A DNA stretch of 64,000 bases from an uncultured Planctomycetota bacterium. GTDB lineage: Bacteria; Planctomycetota; Phycisphaerae; Tepidisphaerales; Tepidisphaeraceae. The position numbers and the translations under genes are program-made. Location: the NCBI GenBank assembly GCA_963841915.1, contig CAWJEN010000006.1:896001-960000 (forward strand). The letters are read 5' to 3'. This document shows positions 29,380 through 39,435 of this stretch, in pieces. The notes under the pieces were generated by a model that made no database searches, had not been told where the DNA came from, and saw only the letters and a list, made by a program, of their open reading frames with translations. Within the stretch, counting starts at the first letter, position 1; the number at the start of each line of letters is the position of its first letter.

Positions 29380-30105
29380 CTACCGATCCGGCAACGTCTT
29401 CTCAATGACGCGGCTAATCACGTCGTAATCGAAGCCACGCCTCTGCAGAAACCCGCTGAGCCGCCTTACCGCGGCAGGGTGGTCGAGGCGTTGAAGGCTG
29501 ACCTGCTTCTTTGCAGCCAAGGCCATCGCAGCCTCCAGCGGGTCGATGTCGGCGTACGCCTCCTCGGCGGCGGATTCGGCAGTCGACCGGTCGACGCCTT
29601 TGGCGACCAGTTCCTGCACCGCACGGCGTTTGCCGTGGCCCTTCAGCTTGGCAGCGTCCGACGCTTTGCCGGCGGCGAACTTTTCGTCGTCGACGTACCC
29701 GAGACGGCGGCACTCGGCCACGACCGCATCAATGACCTTGGGCCCGTACTCCTTACGGCCGAGCTTGATCCGCAACTCCCGCTCGCCCTGCATCCGCTGG
29801 CCCAGCAGCCGAAGCGCGTGGTCAAATGCCTCTTGCTTCACCTCACCGGCCTCGATCTCACTGCGCAGCTTGTCGTCGATGACCATGCCTTGGCGGAGGC
29901 GGAAGCGAGCGACGACATTCGTGTTCACGCCGAACGCGAACTCGCCGTCGATGTAGACGCTTCGCCGATTCTCGCGGCGTCGCTGGGGCTTGATGTCGGT
30001 GACGGTGGCGATGACGGCAGGATACCGGGTTTGCTGTGGCGGTTCATCACGCAGATCCCGTAATCGGGGCCGCAGTGTCGGATCGACAAGTGCATGACGG
30101 AGCAC
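29380..30105 (-). CDS. recX: Regulatory protein RecX (long form)
   Basis: RSVYIDGEFAF, GYVDDEKFA, QELVAKGV, FLQRRGFDYD. Start uncertain. Confidence 0.85.
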   Translation of the reverse strand: MLRHALVDPTLRPRLRDLRDEPPQQTRYPAVIATVTDIKPQRRRENRRSVYIDGEFAFGVNTNVVARFRLRQGMVIDDKLRSEIEAGEVKQEAFDHALRLLGQRMQGERELRIKLGRKEYGPKVIDAVVAECRRLGYVDDEKFAAGKASDAAKLKGHGKRRAVQELVAKGVDRSTAESAAEEAYADIDPLEAAMALAAKKQVSLQRLDHPAAVRRLSGFLQRRGFDYDVISRVIEKTLPDR

Positions 30106-30130
30106 TTCGAGTGTTGCTTATGCGTCGGCA

Positions 30131-30994
30131 GTGCGTGCTACAACGTGGTGTGGCCGACGTTGTAGAACTCCCTCTGCGAACATGTCCGATCTGCTGCGAC
30201 AACGGGAACTACAGGCCGCATCGCTTTCGACCGGTCCTTGGCTGCTAGGGACGTGTTCGACGTGCGGCATGATGTTTTTGCTGAACCCGCCGACGGATGA
30301 CGCGCTGGCGTCGGAGCTGGTATGGGAGAAGTCGATCGGCCACGAACGCGTCCGTCGCCGGAACGGCCGGCCGGTTAGGTACGCGATCAGCGACGCCAGC
30401 AAGTCATTTAAAAGGAGCATCCGGGGCAAAGGCACACGCCTGAAAGAGCGACGCCTCATCCATGCCTTTGTCGCACCTGGGCCGATCCTCGATTTGGGGT
30501 GCGGTGACGGCCGCACGGTGGTGGACCTGGGCGACTCGTTCGTGCCGTTCGGCGTCGAGATCAGCGAAGGACTCGCGGCCGAGGCACAGGCGGCGTTCGG
30601 GCGGCGTGGCGGACGGGTCGAGCGGTCACCCGCCTTTGAAGGACTGGCCACATTTGATGACAACATGTTCACCGGCGCCATCCTGCGGGCTTATCTGGAA
30701 CACGAGACCCGGCCGCTTCCGGTGCTGGAGCGGCTAATGACCAAGGTCCGCGTGGGCGGGCGCGTCATCATCAAGGTGCCCAACTTCGCGAGCTGGAATC
30801 GAGTTGCCTTTGGTCATCGCTGGTGCGGCATGCGGTTCCCCGACCACGTCAACTACTTCACACCCGCTACGTTTCGCCAGCTCGTCGAGAAGGCAGGCTT
30901 CGAGGTCGTTGCATTCGGCCTCCGGATGCGGCAACCGACCAGCGACAACATGTGGCTTGTCGCAGCACGACCTGTCGCTGCGCCCGTTCACTAA
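30131..30994 (+). CDS. Class I SAM-dependent methyltransferase
   Basis: ILDLGCGDG, GVEIS, YLEH, IIKVPN, HVNYFT, with an N-terminal CxxC. Confidence 0.8.
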   Translation: MRATTWCGRRCRTPSANMSDLLRQRELQAASLSTGPWLLGTCSTCGMMFLLNPPTDDALASELVWEKSIGHERVRRRNGRPVRYAISDASKSFKRSIRGKGTRLKERRLIHAFVAPGPILDLGCGDGRTVVDLGDSFVPFGVEISEGLAAEAQAAFGRRGGRVERSPAFEGLATFDDNMFTGAILRAYLEHETRPLPVLERLMTKVRVGGRVIIKVPNFASWNRVAFGHRWCGMRFPDHVNYFTPATFRQLVEKAGFEVVAFGLRMRQPTSDNMWLVAARPVAAPVH

Positions 30995-31157
30995 GGCTTC
31001 GGCAGACAGTCGGCAGTGCCGCCACGAAGGGCATCACGCTCGGCGAGCTGGGCGATGCGGACCGTTCGCTCGACACGCGGTCGACGACGGGTCTGGATCG
31101 CTACTACCACTTCGCCGGCCCCGCGGGTTTGCGTTAGGCGGTCTACGCTCAGGCCAC

Positions 31158-32573
31158 ATGCCAGACAGCGAATCGTCGTTCGACCTCATCGTCATCGGTG
31201 CCGGCCCAGGCGGGTACGTCGCAGCCATTAAGGCGGCACAACTCGGGCTCAAGGTCGCCTGCGTCGAGGCCCAATACCTCGGCGGCACGTGCCTCAACGT
31301 CGGCTGCATCCCGTCGAAAGCCTTGCTCGATTCCAGCGAGCGGTACGCGAACATGACCGAACTTGCCAACCGCGGGATTAGCGTCGAGGGCGTCAAGCTC
31401 GACCTGTCGAAGATGATGGGGTTCAAAGACTCGGTTGTGAAGAAGATGACCGGCGGCATCGGCATGCTGTTCCGAAAGAACAAGATCACTCACCTCCAAG
31501 GCCACGGCAAGCTCGTCAAGGCCGATGCCGGACACGCCGTCGACGTCGCAGGCAAGACCTACACGGCCACGAACGTCATCATCGCCACAGGCTCAACGCC
31601 TGTGCAGATTCCTGGACTCGAATATGACGGCCAGCACATCCTCTCCAGTACCGAGGCCCTCGAGTTGGAGAAGGTCCCGGAGAAACTGCTCATCGTCGGT
31701 GGCGGGTACATCGGCGTCGAGATCGGAAGCGTCTGGTCGCGTCTCGGCAGCGAAGTCACCGTGGTCGAGTTTGCCGACCGCATCCTGCCCGTCAGCGACA
31801 AGGAGATGGCCAACGGCCTGCTCAAGAGCCTCAAGAAGTCAGGGCTGACGTTCCACTTCGAACACGTCGCTAAAAAGGCAGAGGTCAAGAACGGCAAGGT
31901 CGAGGTCACTGTCGAACCCAAGACAGGCGGCGAGGCCAAAGTCTTTATCGTCGATAAGGTCATGGTCGCCGTCGGCCGAAAGCCCAACACGGACAATCTC
32001 GGCCTGGCCGACCTCGGCATCGCGACCGACAAGCGTGGCTTCATCGAAGTCGGTGACGACTTTGCCGTCAAGGGGCAGTCGAACCTCTACGCGATCGGCG
32101 ACGTCATCGGCCGGATCATGCTTGCCCACAATGCCGAGCAGGAAGGCAAAGCCGTCGCCGAGATGCTCGCCAAGGGCGGCTCGCCGCACGTCAATTACCC
32201 CGCTTGCCCGGCAGTGGTCTACACGCACCCGGAGCTGGCCAGCGTCGGGCTGACCCAGGAAGAGGCGACCGAGAAGTTCGGCAAGGACGGCATCAAGATC
32301 GGCAAGTTCCCGCTGCTGGCCAACGGCAGGGCGGTCGGCATGGGCGATTACGAGGGCAGCGTCAAGGTCATCGGCGACGCCAAGACCGACCGGCTGCTGG
32401 GCGTTCACATTCTGGCCCCGCACGCCAGCGACATGATCGGCGAATGCGTGGTCGCCGTCGAATTCGCCAGCAGTGTCGAAGATTTGGCCCGTTGCTTCCA
32501 CGCCCACCCGACGCTCCCGGAGGCCATCAAGGAAGCGGCCATGGCGGCGGACGGTCACGCCATTCATATTTGA
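31158..32573 (+). CDS. lpdA: Dihydrolipoamide dehydrogenase
   Basis: IGAGPGGYVAAIKAAQLG, GGTCLNVGCIPSK, HAHPTLPE. Confidence 0.96.
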   Translation: MPDSESSFDLIVIGAGPGGYVAAIKAAQLGLKVACVEAQYLGGTCLNVGCIPSKALLDSSERYANMTELANRGISVEGVKLDLSKMMGFKDSVVKKMTGGIGMLFRKNKITHLQGHGKLVKADAGHAVDVAGKTYTATNVIIATGSTPVQIPGLEYDGQHILSSTEALELEKVPEKLLIVGGGYIGVEIGSVWSRLGSEVTVVEFADRILPVSDKEMANGLLKSLKKSGLTFHFEHVAKKAEVKNGKVEVTVEPKTGGEAKVFIVDKVMVAVGRKPNTDNLGLADLGIATDKRGFIEVGDDFAVKGQSNLYAIGDVIGRIMLAHNAEQEGKAVAEMLAKGGSPHVNYPACPAVVYTHPELASVGLTQEEATEKFGKDGIKIGKFPLLANGRAVGMGDYEGSVKVIGDAKTDRLLGVHILAPHASDMIGECVVAVEFASSVEDLARCFHAHPTLPEAIKEAAMAADGHAIHI

Positions 32574-32588
32574 AGCACTGAATCTCTC

Positions 32589-32616
32589 TTGCACGGCAAG
32601 GCACGTTTGATAACCT
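32589..32616 (+). promoter_or_regulatory. Putative promoter TTGCAC-N16-TAACCT
   Basis: Same -10 hexamer and spacing as the promoter at 13820-13847. Confidence 0.5.
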
Positions 32617-32671
32617 GCCGACTCCACCGCGCGTACCGCCTGACCAGCGGCACCCACGACTCTGGAGAGAT

Positions 32672-33286
32672 ATGAACCTCAAACTTGCTTCCGCGAGCCT
32701 TCTGCTCGCTGCCATGCCTGCGCTCGGCCAGTTCACGCAATTCGCAGACGAACTCGCCTTCCTTGCCAACGCAGGCGTGGTGACGGTCGAAGACTTTGAC
32801 AGCTTCACGCCCGGTGCCGGTGTGGACAACATCAGCTTCTTCGACTTCGGTGCCTTCACCGCGACGGCCACCAACGGCGCTGAATTCTTGGTCTCCAACA
32901 GTTCGTTCGGAAACGTCAACGGCACGAATTTCATCGACGGCTTCGTCGCCTCGTCGCCTCAATTCCGCGACGTCACCCTCACCTTTGACAGCCCGATCAC
33001 TGCGTTCGGGGCCGACTTCCTCGACCCCGGCAGTGGTGCGGGCCTCGCCTTCGAGGTCGGTGGGGTGACCGCCCTCGACGTCACGCCCCTTGGCACAGGC
33101 AGCGGGTTCGCCGGCTTCACCAGCGACACGCCGTTCACGAGTGTCACGCTTGTCCCCGGCACCGGCACGTCGCCCGGTGAGGTCTTCAGCCTCGACAACC
33201 TGACGGTCGGCGTCGTGCCCGAGCCGACGAGCGTCGCGCTGCTCGGGTTGGCCAGCCTGGCCGGTCTGCGTCGCCGCCGCAACTGA
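32672..33286 (+). CDS. PEP-CTERM surface protein
   Basis: Signal peptide and VPEPTSVALLGLASLAGLRRRRN. Confidence 0.92.
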   Translation: MNLKLASASLLLAAMPALGQFTQFADELAFLANAGVVTVEDFDSFTPGAGVDNISFFDFGAFTATATNGAEFLVSNSSFGNVNGTNFIDGFVASSPQFRDVTLTFDSPITAFGADFLDPGSGAGLAFEVGGVTALDVTPLGTGSGFAGFTSDTPFTSVTLVPGTGTSPGEVFSLDNLTVGVVPEPTSVALLGLASLAGLRRRRN

Positions 33287-33303
33287 ATCAAAGCAACCGT
33301 TTT

Positions 33304-33343
33304 GCGACCCGCAACACAACCGTGTTGCGGGTCGCTTCATTTT
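33304..33343 (+). terminator. Intrinsic terminator
   Basis: GCGACCCGCAACAC / GTGTTGCGGGTCGC 14-bp stem followed by TTCATTTT. Confidence 0.75.
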
Positions 33344-33383
33344 CGGCATGACACATCGCCCGGCGCGTCGATAATCTCTTTAC

Positions 33384-34109
33384 ATGAGCGAGAACGGACA
33401 CAACCAGCCCGAGGGCAACGAGCAAGATCAGGCCACGCAGGACGCCGACACGAAGCCGACGCCCAAAGCCGAGGTGCATCGCAAGGCGTCTGACGAGTCT
33501 TACTCGATGTTCGGCGGTCTGGCGACCGCGCTGCCGTTGCTGCTGAGCATCGGCGGGGCGCTCGTTGCCAGCGCCGCCACGGTGGATCACAACAAGCTCG
33601 ACCGTGACGGTCACGACGACAGCGGCGAAGAGGACGACGACGGTTGGTTCTCGAGCCTGACCGACGTCGGCGGGTCGCTGATCAGCAACGGGGCCAAAGC
33701 TGCGGGTATCGCCGGCGTGCTGCGGGCGATCGGCAGCGGGAACGTGACCGGCGCTGCCGCCTTGGCCGCCAAGGCCATCGCCGCCAAGAAGCTGGCCGAA
33801 TACACCGCTGCAGCAGGCAGCAAATCGGCTCGAGCCGCCGCCCGCCACCCGATCGCCACGCTCGGCAGCACCGCGGCTGCTTATAAAGCCCGCGGCTACG
33901 CACGAACCGGGTACGGCCGCACCCGCGACGCCGCCCGCGTCCTCCGCCACGGCCGCGGATCTGTCGCTCCCCAAAGCAGTGCCGTCGGTGCCGCCTTCAT
34001 GGGCCTGGCATTGCTGAGCGTCGGTGCCGGGTTCGCTTACCTGTTCGACAAACAGCACGGCGAAGACCGCCGCCGCGGCCTCCGGGAATCCGTCGGCCTC
34101 GGCAAGTAG
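33384..34109 (+). CDS. Hypothetical Ala-rich membrane protein
   Basis: Intact ORF. C-terminal GAGFAYLFDKQHGEDRRRGLRE resembles YtxH-like motifs. Confidence 0.6.
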   Translation: MSENGHNQPEGNEQDQATQDADTKPTPKAEVHRKASDESYSMFGGLATALPLLLSIGGALVASAATVDHNKLDRDGHDDSGEEDDDGWFSSLTDVGGSLISNGAKAAGIAGVLRAIGSGNVTGAAALAAKAIAAKKLAEYTAAAGSKSARAAARHPIATLGSTAAAYKARGYARTGYGRTRDAARVLRHGRGSVAPQSSAVGAAFMGLALLSVGAGFAYLFDKQHGEDRRRGLRESVGLGK

Positions 34110-34164
34110 CGTCGCGCCCGACCGATGCTCGAAGCGTCGAATTTCCGTCCACAAGATCACCCCA

Positions 34165-34192
34165 GAGCCGCGGTCCCACGGGACCGCGGCTC
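34165..34192. repeat. 13-bp perfect inverted repeat between convergent genes
   Basis: GAGCCGCGGTCCC-AC-GGGACCGCGGCTC with no clear T tail. Confidence 0.6.
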
Positions 34193-34258
34193 GGGGTCGC
34201 TTCGACGTCAAAAGACCACCGCCTTCACCAAGACCGTAATACGACACCGCAGCCCACT

Positions 34259-35224
34259 TCAACCCGCCTTCGCCCGCTCGGGCGGCTGTGTCTTCCATCG
34301 GCGGTGCAGCCATAGATACTGCCCCGGCTCGCCGCGAACGTTGTTCTCGATCGCCTTCGTGTACCGCTGCGTGATGTAACGAAGCGGATCGTCCGCCGAC
34401 TTCCAGTCGGCGGGGTAAATGACGTCCTGGCAGTCGATGTGGAAGCGGAAGTCGTACCCGAGCCGCCTGCCGAAGCCGACGATGACCGGCACGTCGTAAC
34501 GCATGGCCAGCAGCCCGATCGACTTGTACGTAGAGGCCGGGCGACCGAAGTAGTCGACGAACATGCCCTTCTTACCCGCGTCCTGGTCGGCGGTGAATCC
34601 GACCGCCCCTTTGGCCTCTAGCACCTCGGGCAGCTGGGCCATCGCGCCGATCTTGTCGACGATCTTGTGCCCCTTTTCCTCGCGGACGCCCAGGACATAA
34701 TCGTAGAGATACGGGTTGTTCAGCGGCCGGGCGACGGTGGTCGTGCCGAAGCCCATCGTGGCGAGCATGTAGCCGACGACTTCCCAGTTGCCGTAGTGAC
34801 CGGCAACGAGAATGGCACCTCTGTCCTGTTCGATGAGGTGCCTGAGGGCCTCACCGAGTTTGTCGCCGAGCACGAAGTGCCTGGCGAGCCGATTGAGCTT
34901 GACGTACCGCGGCGTCAGCATGAACTCCACCGCAATGAACGGGAGCAGCCGAAAGCTGTCGCGTGTGACGCGCTTGTAGACCTTCTCCGGCTGGCCGGGG
35001 AAGCTGGCCCGCAGGTTCTCCATCGAGCGGACGCGGTGCCGCTTGTCGACGAGGTAGAGCAAGTCGCCCATGCCTGCGGCCAACGACATGCACGCTTCGA
35101 GCGGGATGCAGTGGAGCAAGGTCGCAAACGCTCGGACGCCGAGATAGACGGCATACTGGGTGGCCTTGCTTTGCGGCTTCTTCTTTCGCTTGCGGCGTTT
35201 TTTTTCGCGAACGGTCTCTGCCAC
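34259..35224 (-). CDS. LpxL/HtrB-family lipid A or lysophospholipid acyltransferase
   Basis: GHYGNWE, ARPLNNP, ADQDAG, VDYFGRPA, PGQYLWLHRRWK. Confidence 0.9.
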   Translation of the reverse strand: MAETVREKKRRKRKKKPQSKATQYAVYLGVRAFATLLHCIPLEACMSLAAGMGDLLYLVDKRHRVRSMENLRASFPGQPEKVYKRVTRDSFRLLPFIAVEFMLTPRYVKLNRLARHFVLGDKLGEALRHLIEQDRGAILVAGHYGNWEVVGYMLATMGFGTTTVARPLNNPYLYDYVLGVREEKGHKIVDKIGAMAQLPEVLEAKGAVGFTADQDAGKKGMFVDYFGRPASTYKSIGLLAMRYDVPVIVGFGRRLGYDFRFHIDCQDVIYPADWKSADDPLRYITQRYTKAIENNVRGEPGQYLWLHRRWKTQPPERAKAG

Positions 35225-35275
35225 GCACGCAGCGTAGCGAGGTGAAGCAACGCGACAGCAATAGGCTCAGCCACC

Positions 35276-35695
35276 GTGGAAGCCGCTCCGGACAACGCAC
35301 GCTTGTCGGCCTTATCGCCGCTGGCCTGGTTGATGACGAGCCGAGGGTTCGCCGGGACCATCGTGGTGACGGTCACTCTTCTGGTTGCCGGGACTCTTCT
35401 GGACCTGCCTTTGTGGCAATGTCCCTTTGCCGCGTTGGGCGGTTCGTGCCCCGGTTGTGGCCTGACGCGGTCGGCGGCACAGTTGGTGCGTGGCGAGGTG
35501 GATGTGTGGAACGTGCATCACGTCACGGTGCTGCTCCTGGTCATGCCGCTTCTGTGCCTGCTCGCCGCCGCGACGATGCCGAGACGTTGGGTGACGACGC
35601 TTACCAGGGGTGTGGCGGCGGTGGAGCGAATGCTCCTTCTCTGGCCAGTGTTGTTTCTATGGCTGACGCTTTACTGGTTGCTAAGCGGCTGGTAG
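35276..35695 (+). CDS. DUF2752-like membrane protein
   Basis: CPFAALGGSCPGCGLTRS motif. Confidence 0.75.
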   Translation: MEAAPDNARLSALSPLAWLMTSRGFAGTIVVTVTLLVAGTLLDLPLWQCPFAALGGSCPGCGLTRSAAQLVRGEVDVWNVHHVTVLLLVMPLLCLLAAATMPRRWVTTLTRGVAAVERMLLLWPVLFLWLTLYWLLSGW

Positions 35696-35707
35696 AACCT
35701 GGGAACT

Positions 35708-35971
35708 ATGGAAACCTTGGGACTCATTCTCTCTGTTGCGGCATTCATTACGTCGCTCGTCTGTTTCATCATTATGGTGATTGAACTATTTAAGGAACAG
35801 GGCATCTTGTTGGGTGTCCTCGGCATCTTGTGTGTGTTGTTCACCTTCATCTGGGGCTGGATCAAGGTGGGCGAGCACGGCAAGAGCACCGTCATGATCG
35901 TGTGGAGCATCGCGATCGGCGTCGGCATGTTGGCGAACGTGTTTGTCGGCGCAGGTGCTTCTGCAGGCTAA
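35708..35971 (+). CDS. Small hypothetical membrane protein
   Basis: 87 aa with three hydrophobic segments. Confidence 0.7.
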   Translation: METLGLILSVAAFITSLVCFIIMVIELFKEQGILLGVLGILCVLFTFIWGWIKVGEHGKSTVMIVWSIAIGVGMLANVFVGAGASAG

Positions 35972-36135
35972 CGACCAATGATGGCCGCAAAGGCGGCCGC
36001 GGCGGCGCAGGTCGTATTCTGCACAAGTTGACTGCAGGGCGGACGCGGAATGACGCCGGAACATCGTAATCGACGGCGGTACCGCCTCGTGTGGCGCACG
36101 ACCCGCCGACGCAGCGGCAACCGTCGGCGGGACGA

Positions 36136-36151
36136 TGTTCCACGTGGAACA
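36136..36151. promoter_or_regulatory. parS: parS centromere site
   Basis: TGTTCCACGTGGAACA. Confidence 0.9.
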
Positions 36152-36203
36152 GACCGGGGCGGCGCGACGAACGTACGTGGCCGCTCGTGGCGAGGGTTTG
36201 CAA

Positions 36204-36219
36204 TGTTCCACGTGGAACA
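36204..36219. promoter_or_regulatory. parS: parS centromere site
   Basis: TGTTCCACGTGGAACA. Confidence 0.9.
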
Positions 36220-36397
36220 TTCGCCGAGTCGCCGACCCCGATGGCCGCCGCGGCGCAGCGCCTGGCGTCGTTTTTGCAACTTTGTCGGCCTCGCAAGGTG
36301 TCTGGCATGTCTGCAACGGTTTCTAACGTTGTCGGACCCGCGCCCCGGCCCGTACCGTGGCCCCGGCTGGTGGCGTAAGTCACCTGCCCTTACACAC

Positions 36398-38248
36398 ATG
36401 ACACGCAGCATCCCCTCGATGAACACACTCCTTAATTCTCGCATGACCGGTACCCGACGCATCGCCACCGCCGCTTCAGCCGCGGTCGCAGTCGTCTTCG
36501 GCGCGCTCGCCACCAACGCCAACGCCGACGTCGCCGAGGCCATCCCGAGCGACGCGCTCTTCGCCATCAAGATCAACGACATCCAGTCCGTCTCAGACGA
36601 CTGGGGCGCGTTGGCCAAGGAGTGGGGCCTTGACCAGATGGAGCCGGGCATGGCCGATCCCATCGCGGCGATAAAGGGAGAAACTGGCATGGGCGAGGGC
36701 ATCGATTTCGACGGCGAAATGGGCATCTACGCACCGGCCGGCGCTGATTTCGACGGCGACGAGCCGCCACTCGTCGTGCTCGTGCCCGTCAGCGACTACG
36801 ACGCGTTCCTCGACAGCTTCGAAGACCGTCGTAAGGAAGGCGATTACGACCTCGTCACCAGCCCCGAAGGTGAAGACGTCTACGCCAAGAAGGTCGGCGA
36901 CTACGCCGCCATGACCCCGATGATGGACCTGCTCGGCATGGGCGGAGAACTCGGCCTGAAGATGGACGGCCCCAGCGGCGACCAGTTTGATGAGCAGGAC
37001 ATCACCCTTTACGCCAACTTCGTCAGCCTTGCTCCGATCCTGAACAAGGCGATCGAAGAGAACGGCGGCAAGGAGAAGATGATCGAGGAGCTCGAAAAGG
37101 CGTTCGAGAGCGGTGACGTTCCCGAGGGCTTCAAGCAGTACCAGCCCGTCGCCAAGGCCGCCGCCGGTCAGGCGTACATGGTGCTCGAGAGCTTCCTGCG
37201 TGACGCCAAAGCCGCCACGGTCAGCGTCGACTTCAACCCTGAGGCCGGCATCGCCGGCAGCGTTGTCGCTCACTTCAACGAGGGCAGCTACCTCGGCGAC
37301 GTCATGGGCAACCTCAAGACCAGCGATGGCTCGCTCCTGAGCGGCCTGCCCGAGGGCAACTACCTGTTCTTCGGCGGCAGCGCTGCCGATCCTGAGCAGT
37401 CGACGAAGCTGTTCACCGACCTCGCCGGCCCCGTCCTCGAAGAGCTGCAGGGCCTCGACGGCGAGGTTTCAGAGCTCGTCGGCGAGCTGGTCTCGTCGGT
37501 CGAGAAGGCCCTTGGTGCTACCGAGAGTGCCCGCTTCGGCCTGTTCGCACCTGACGTCAGTCGCATTGGTCAGGCCCCGCTGCTCCAGCAGGTCCAGATC
37601 ACCAGCGGCGACCCGGAACTGCTGATGGACGTCGCCCGCAAGGGTGCCGAGATCAGCCCGAAGCTCATGCAAGCCATTGCCGCCCAGGCTGGTGAGGCAG
37701 ACGCCCCTGACGTCGGCGTGAAATTCGAAGAGAACGCCAAGGAAGTCGCCGGTGTCACGTTCACCAAGTCGACCACCGAGCTTCCGCAGAACGACGCGAC
37801 GCAGGCCCTCATCACGAACCTGTTCTTCGGCCCCGAAGGTCAGACCGCTTACCTCGGCACCGTCGAGGACAGCTTCCTGTCGGTCAGCGGCCTGAGCGAT
37901 GACCAGATCGCCAGCGTTGTCGAAGCCATCAAGGCCGACGCGTCACCGCTGACGGAGAAGAACGGCATGGAACTGATGGCAGACAACCTGCCCGAGGATC
38001 GGTCGATGGTTGTCTTCTGGGACGTCGGCGAGACGGCCCGTGCCGGCCTCGGCGCGCTGCAGGCGTTCGGCCAAGCTCCGCCGATCCAGATCCCGCAGAA
38101 CCTGCCCCCGATCGGCATCGCCGCCGGTCCGGCTGAGGACTCGCTCATGATCGGCGTTCTGGTTCCCAAGGACCTCGTCAGCGCCGCCATCGTGACCACC
38201 ATGCAGCTCCAGGGCGGCATGGGTGGCCCGCCGAACCAAGGCCTCTAA
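36398..38248 (+). CDS. Exported hypothetical protein (~616 aa, acidic)
   Basis: Signal peptide ending ANA-DV, followed by IPSDALF. Strongly biased codon usage. The ORF-track 5' extension runs through the parS cassette and was trimmed. Confidence 0.8.
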   Translation: MTRSIPSMNTLLNSRMTGTRRIATAASAAVAVVFGALATNANADVAEAIPSDALFAIKINDIQSVSDDWGALAKEWGLDQMEPGMADPIAAIKGETGMGEGIDFDGEMGIYAPAGADFDGDEPPLVVLVPVSDYDAFLDSFEDRRKEGDYDLVTSPEGEDVYAKKVGDYAAMTPMMDLLGMGGELGLKMDGPSGDQFDEQDITLYANFVSLAPILNKAIEENGGKEKMIEELEKAFESGDVPEGFKQYQPVAKAAAGQAYMVLESFLRDAKAATVSVDFNPEAGIAGSVVAHFNEGSYLGDVMGNLKTSDGSLLSGLPEGNYLFFGGSAADPEQSTKLFTDLAGPVLEELQGLDGEVSELVGELVSSVEKALGATESARFGLFAPDVSRIGQAPLLQQVQITSGDPELLMDVARKGAEISPKLMQAIAAQAGEADAPDVGVKFEENAKEVAGVTFTKSTTELPQNDATQALITNLFFGPEGQTAYLGTVEDSFLSVSGLSDDQIASVVEAIKADASPLTEKNGMELMADNLPEDRSMVVFWDVGETARAGLGALQAFGQAPPIQIPQNLPPIGIAAGPAEDSLMIGVLVPKDLVSAAIVTTMQLQGGMGGPPNQGL

Positions 38249-38275
38249 GGCTTTAGACGGTTCTTCCGCGAACAC

Positions 38276-38309
38276 AAAAAGCCCCGCCACAGTTGTGGCG
38301 GGGCTTCTT
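38276..38309. terminator. Bidirectional terminator
   Basis: AAAAAGCCCCGCCAC-AGTT-GTGGCGGGGCTTCTT between convergent genes. Confidence 0.8.
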
Positions 38310-38336
38310 CATGCGCTCAAAATCGATGGAGACGTC

Positions 38337-38843
38337 CTATTCAAGTACCCAGTAGTACCGCTTGTCTGCGATGCGGCGGAAGTTGCCGAGCGTCAGATCG
38401 CCATCGTCCAAGGCAGCGTCGATCTTGGTCATGTACGCGTCGTCACGGGTCGGTCCTGTCCCGTCAAAGTGGACGCCGACAGCCAGGCCGACCCCCGAGT
38501 CGTCGGACTCGATGTCCCAGCTTCCACCGACCGGCGTTGGCCTCTCGAACGCTGCACAATCGATCATGCCGTGCATCGAGACGGGACATGTGCCGGTCGA
38601 TGAGTCCTCTGGATTGCCTGCGAACTGAGCCGCGTAGAGCGACAAACCCTGCTGAAAATGCTCAAGATTCGCCTGGAACACGGTTCGGCGGGCGTCGTCA
38701 TCGTGGTCGGCGACCTTCGGAATGATGATGGCCGCGAGAATGCCGAGGATAACGACCACGACGAGGATCTCGATGAGCGTAAAGCCCCGGCATGAGGCCT
38801 GCGGTCGGACGATGCAACGGGTATGTGCGGTAGCGTGGTTCAT
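38337..38843 (-). CDS. Type II secretion GspG-like / type IV pilin-like protein
   Basis: RGFTLIEILVVVVILGILAAIIIP prepilin leader. Confidence 0.85.
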   Translation of the reverse strand: MNHATAHTRCIVRPQASCRGFTLIEILVVVVILGILAAIIIPKVADHDDDARRTVFQANLEHFQQGLSLYAAQFAGNPEDSSTGTCPVSMHGMIDCAAFERPTPVGGSWDIESDDSGVGLAVGVHFDGTGPTRDDAYMTKIDAALDDGDLTLGNFRRIADKRYYWVLE

Positions 38844-38916
38844 GCGGCTCCTCGGTGCGGGTAAACGTTCGGCAAGATGTGATCTACGATCTATCGCCTT
38901 GGTGGACCACCCGCAC

Positions 38917-39435
38917 ATGACGCGTCACTCCGGTGGCTGGTTTGTCGCCTCGACCGCCCACGTCAGCGGCGACGTGCGGATCGGCCGCGACGTCAGCCTC
39001 TGGTTTGGTGTGAGCATTCGTGGTGATGTGGCAGCCGTCACGATCGGCGTAGGCACCAATGTTCAGGACAATGCTGTCATTCATTGCGATGCAGGCGTGG
39101 CTAACGACATCGGCACCGGCGTCACCATCGGCCACGCTGCCATCGTGCACGGCAGGCGTGTCGGCGACGGGTCGCTGATCGGCATGGGTGCGACGCTGCT
39201 GGGCGGCAGTGAGATCGGACGCGAATGCCTTGTCGCCGCCGGTGCCGTCGTGCCGCCGAACATGATCGTGCCCGAACGCACGCTCGTGGCAGGTGTGCCC
39301 GCCAAGGTCGTCCGCGAGGTGACAGCGCGTGACTTGGCCTATCTGCAGAAACTCCCGCCGCACTACGAGCGACTTGCAGCTGAGCATGTCGAAGGCAAAC
39401 ATTGTGCGGGCGGACGACCTTTAGAAGACGCATGA
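38917..39435 (+). CDS. Gamma carbonic anhydrase family protein
   Basis: IRGDV, TNVQDNAVIH, TIGHAAIVHG hexapeptide repeats. Start may be a few codons upstream. Confidence 0.9.
   Translation: MTRHSGGWFVASTAHVSGDVRIGRDVSLWFGVSIRGDVAAVTIGVGTNVQDNAVIHCDAGVANDIGTGVTIGHAAIVHGRRVGDGSLIGMGATLLGGSEIGRECLVAAGAVVPPNMIVPERTLVAGVPAKVVREVTARDLAYLQKLPPHYERLAAEHVEGKHCAGGRPLEDA

Larger units (their letters stand above)
35992..36257. repeat. parS-pair cassette, copy 2 (reverse orientation)
   Basis: GGCGGCCGCGGCGGCGCA 35992-36009, ACGACCCGCCGACGCA 36098-36113, parS 36136-36151 and 36204-36219, GGCCGCCGCGGCGCA 36243-36257. Confidence 0.85.
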
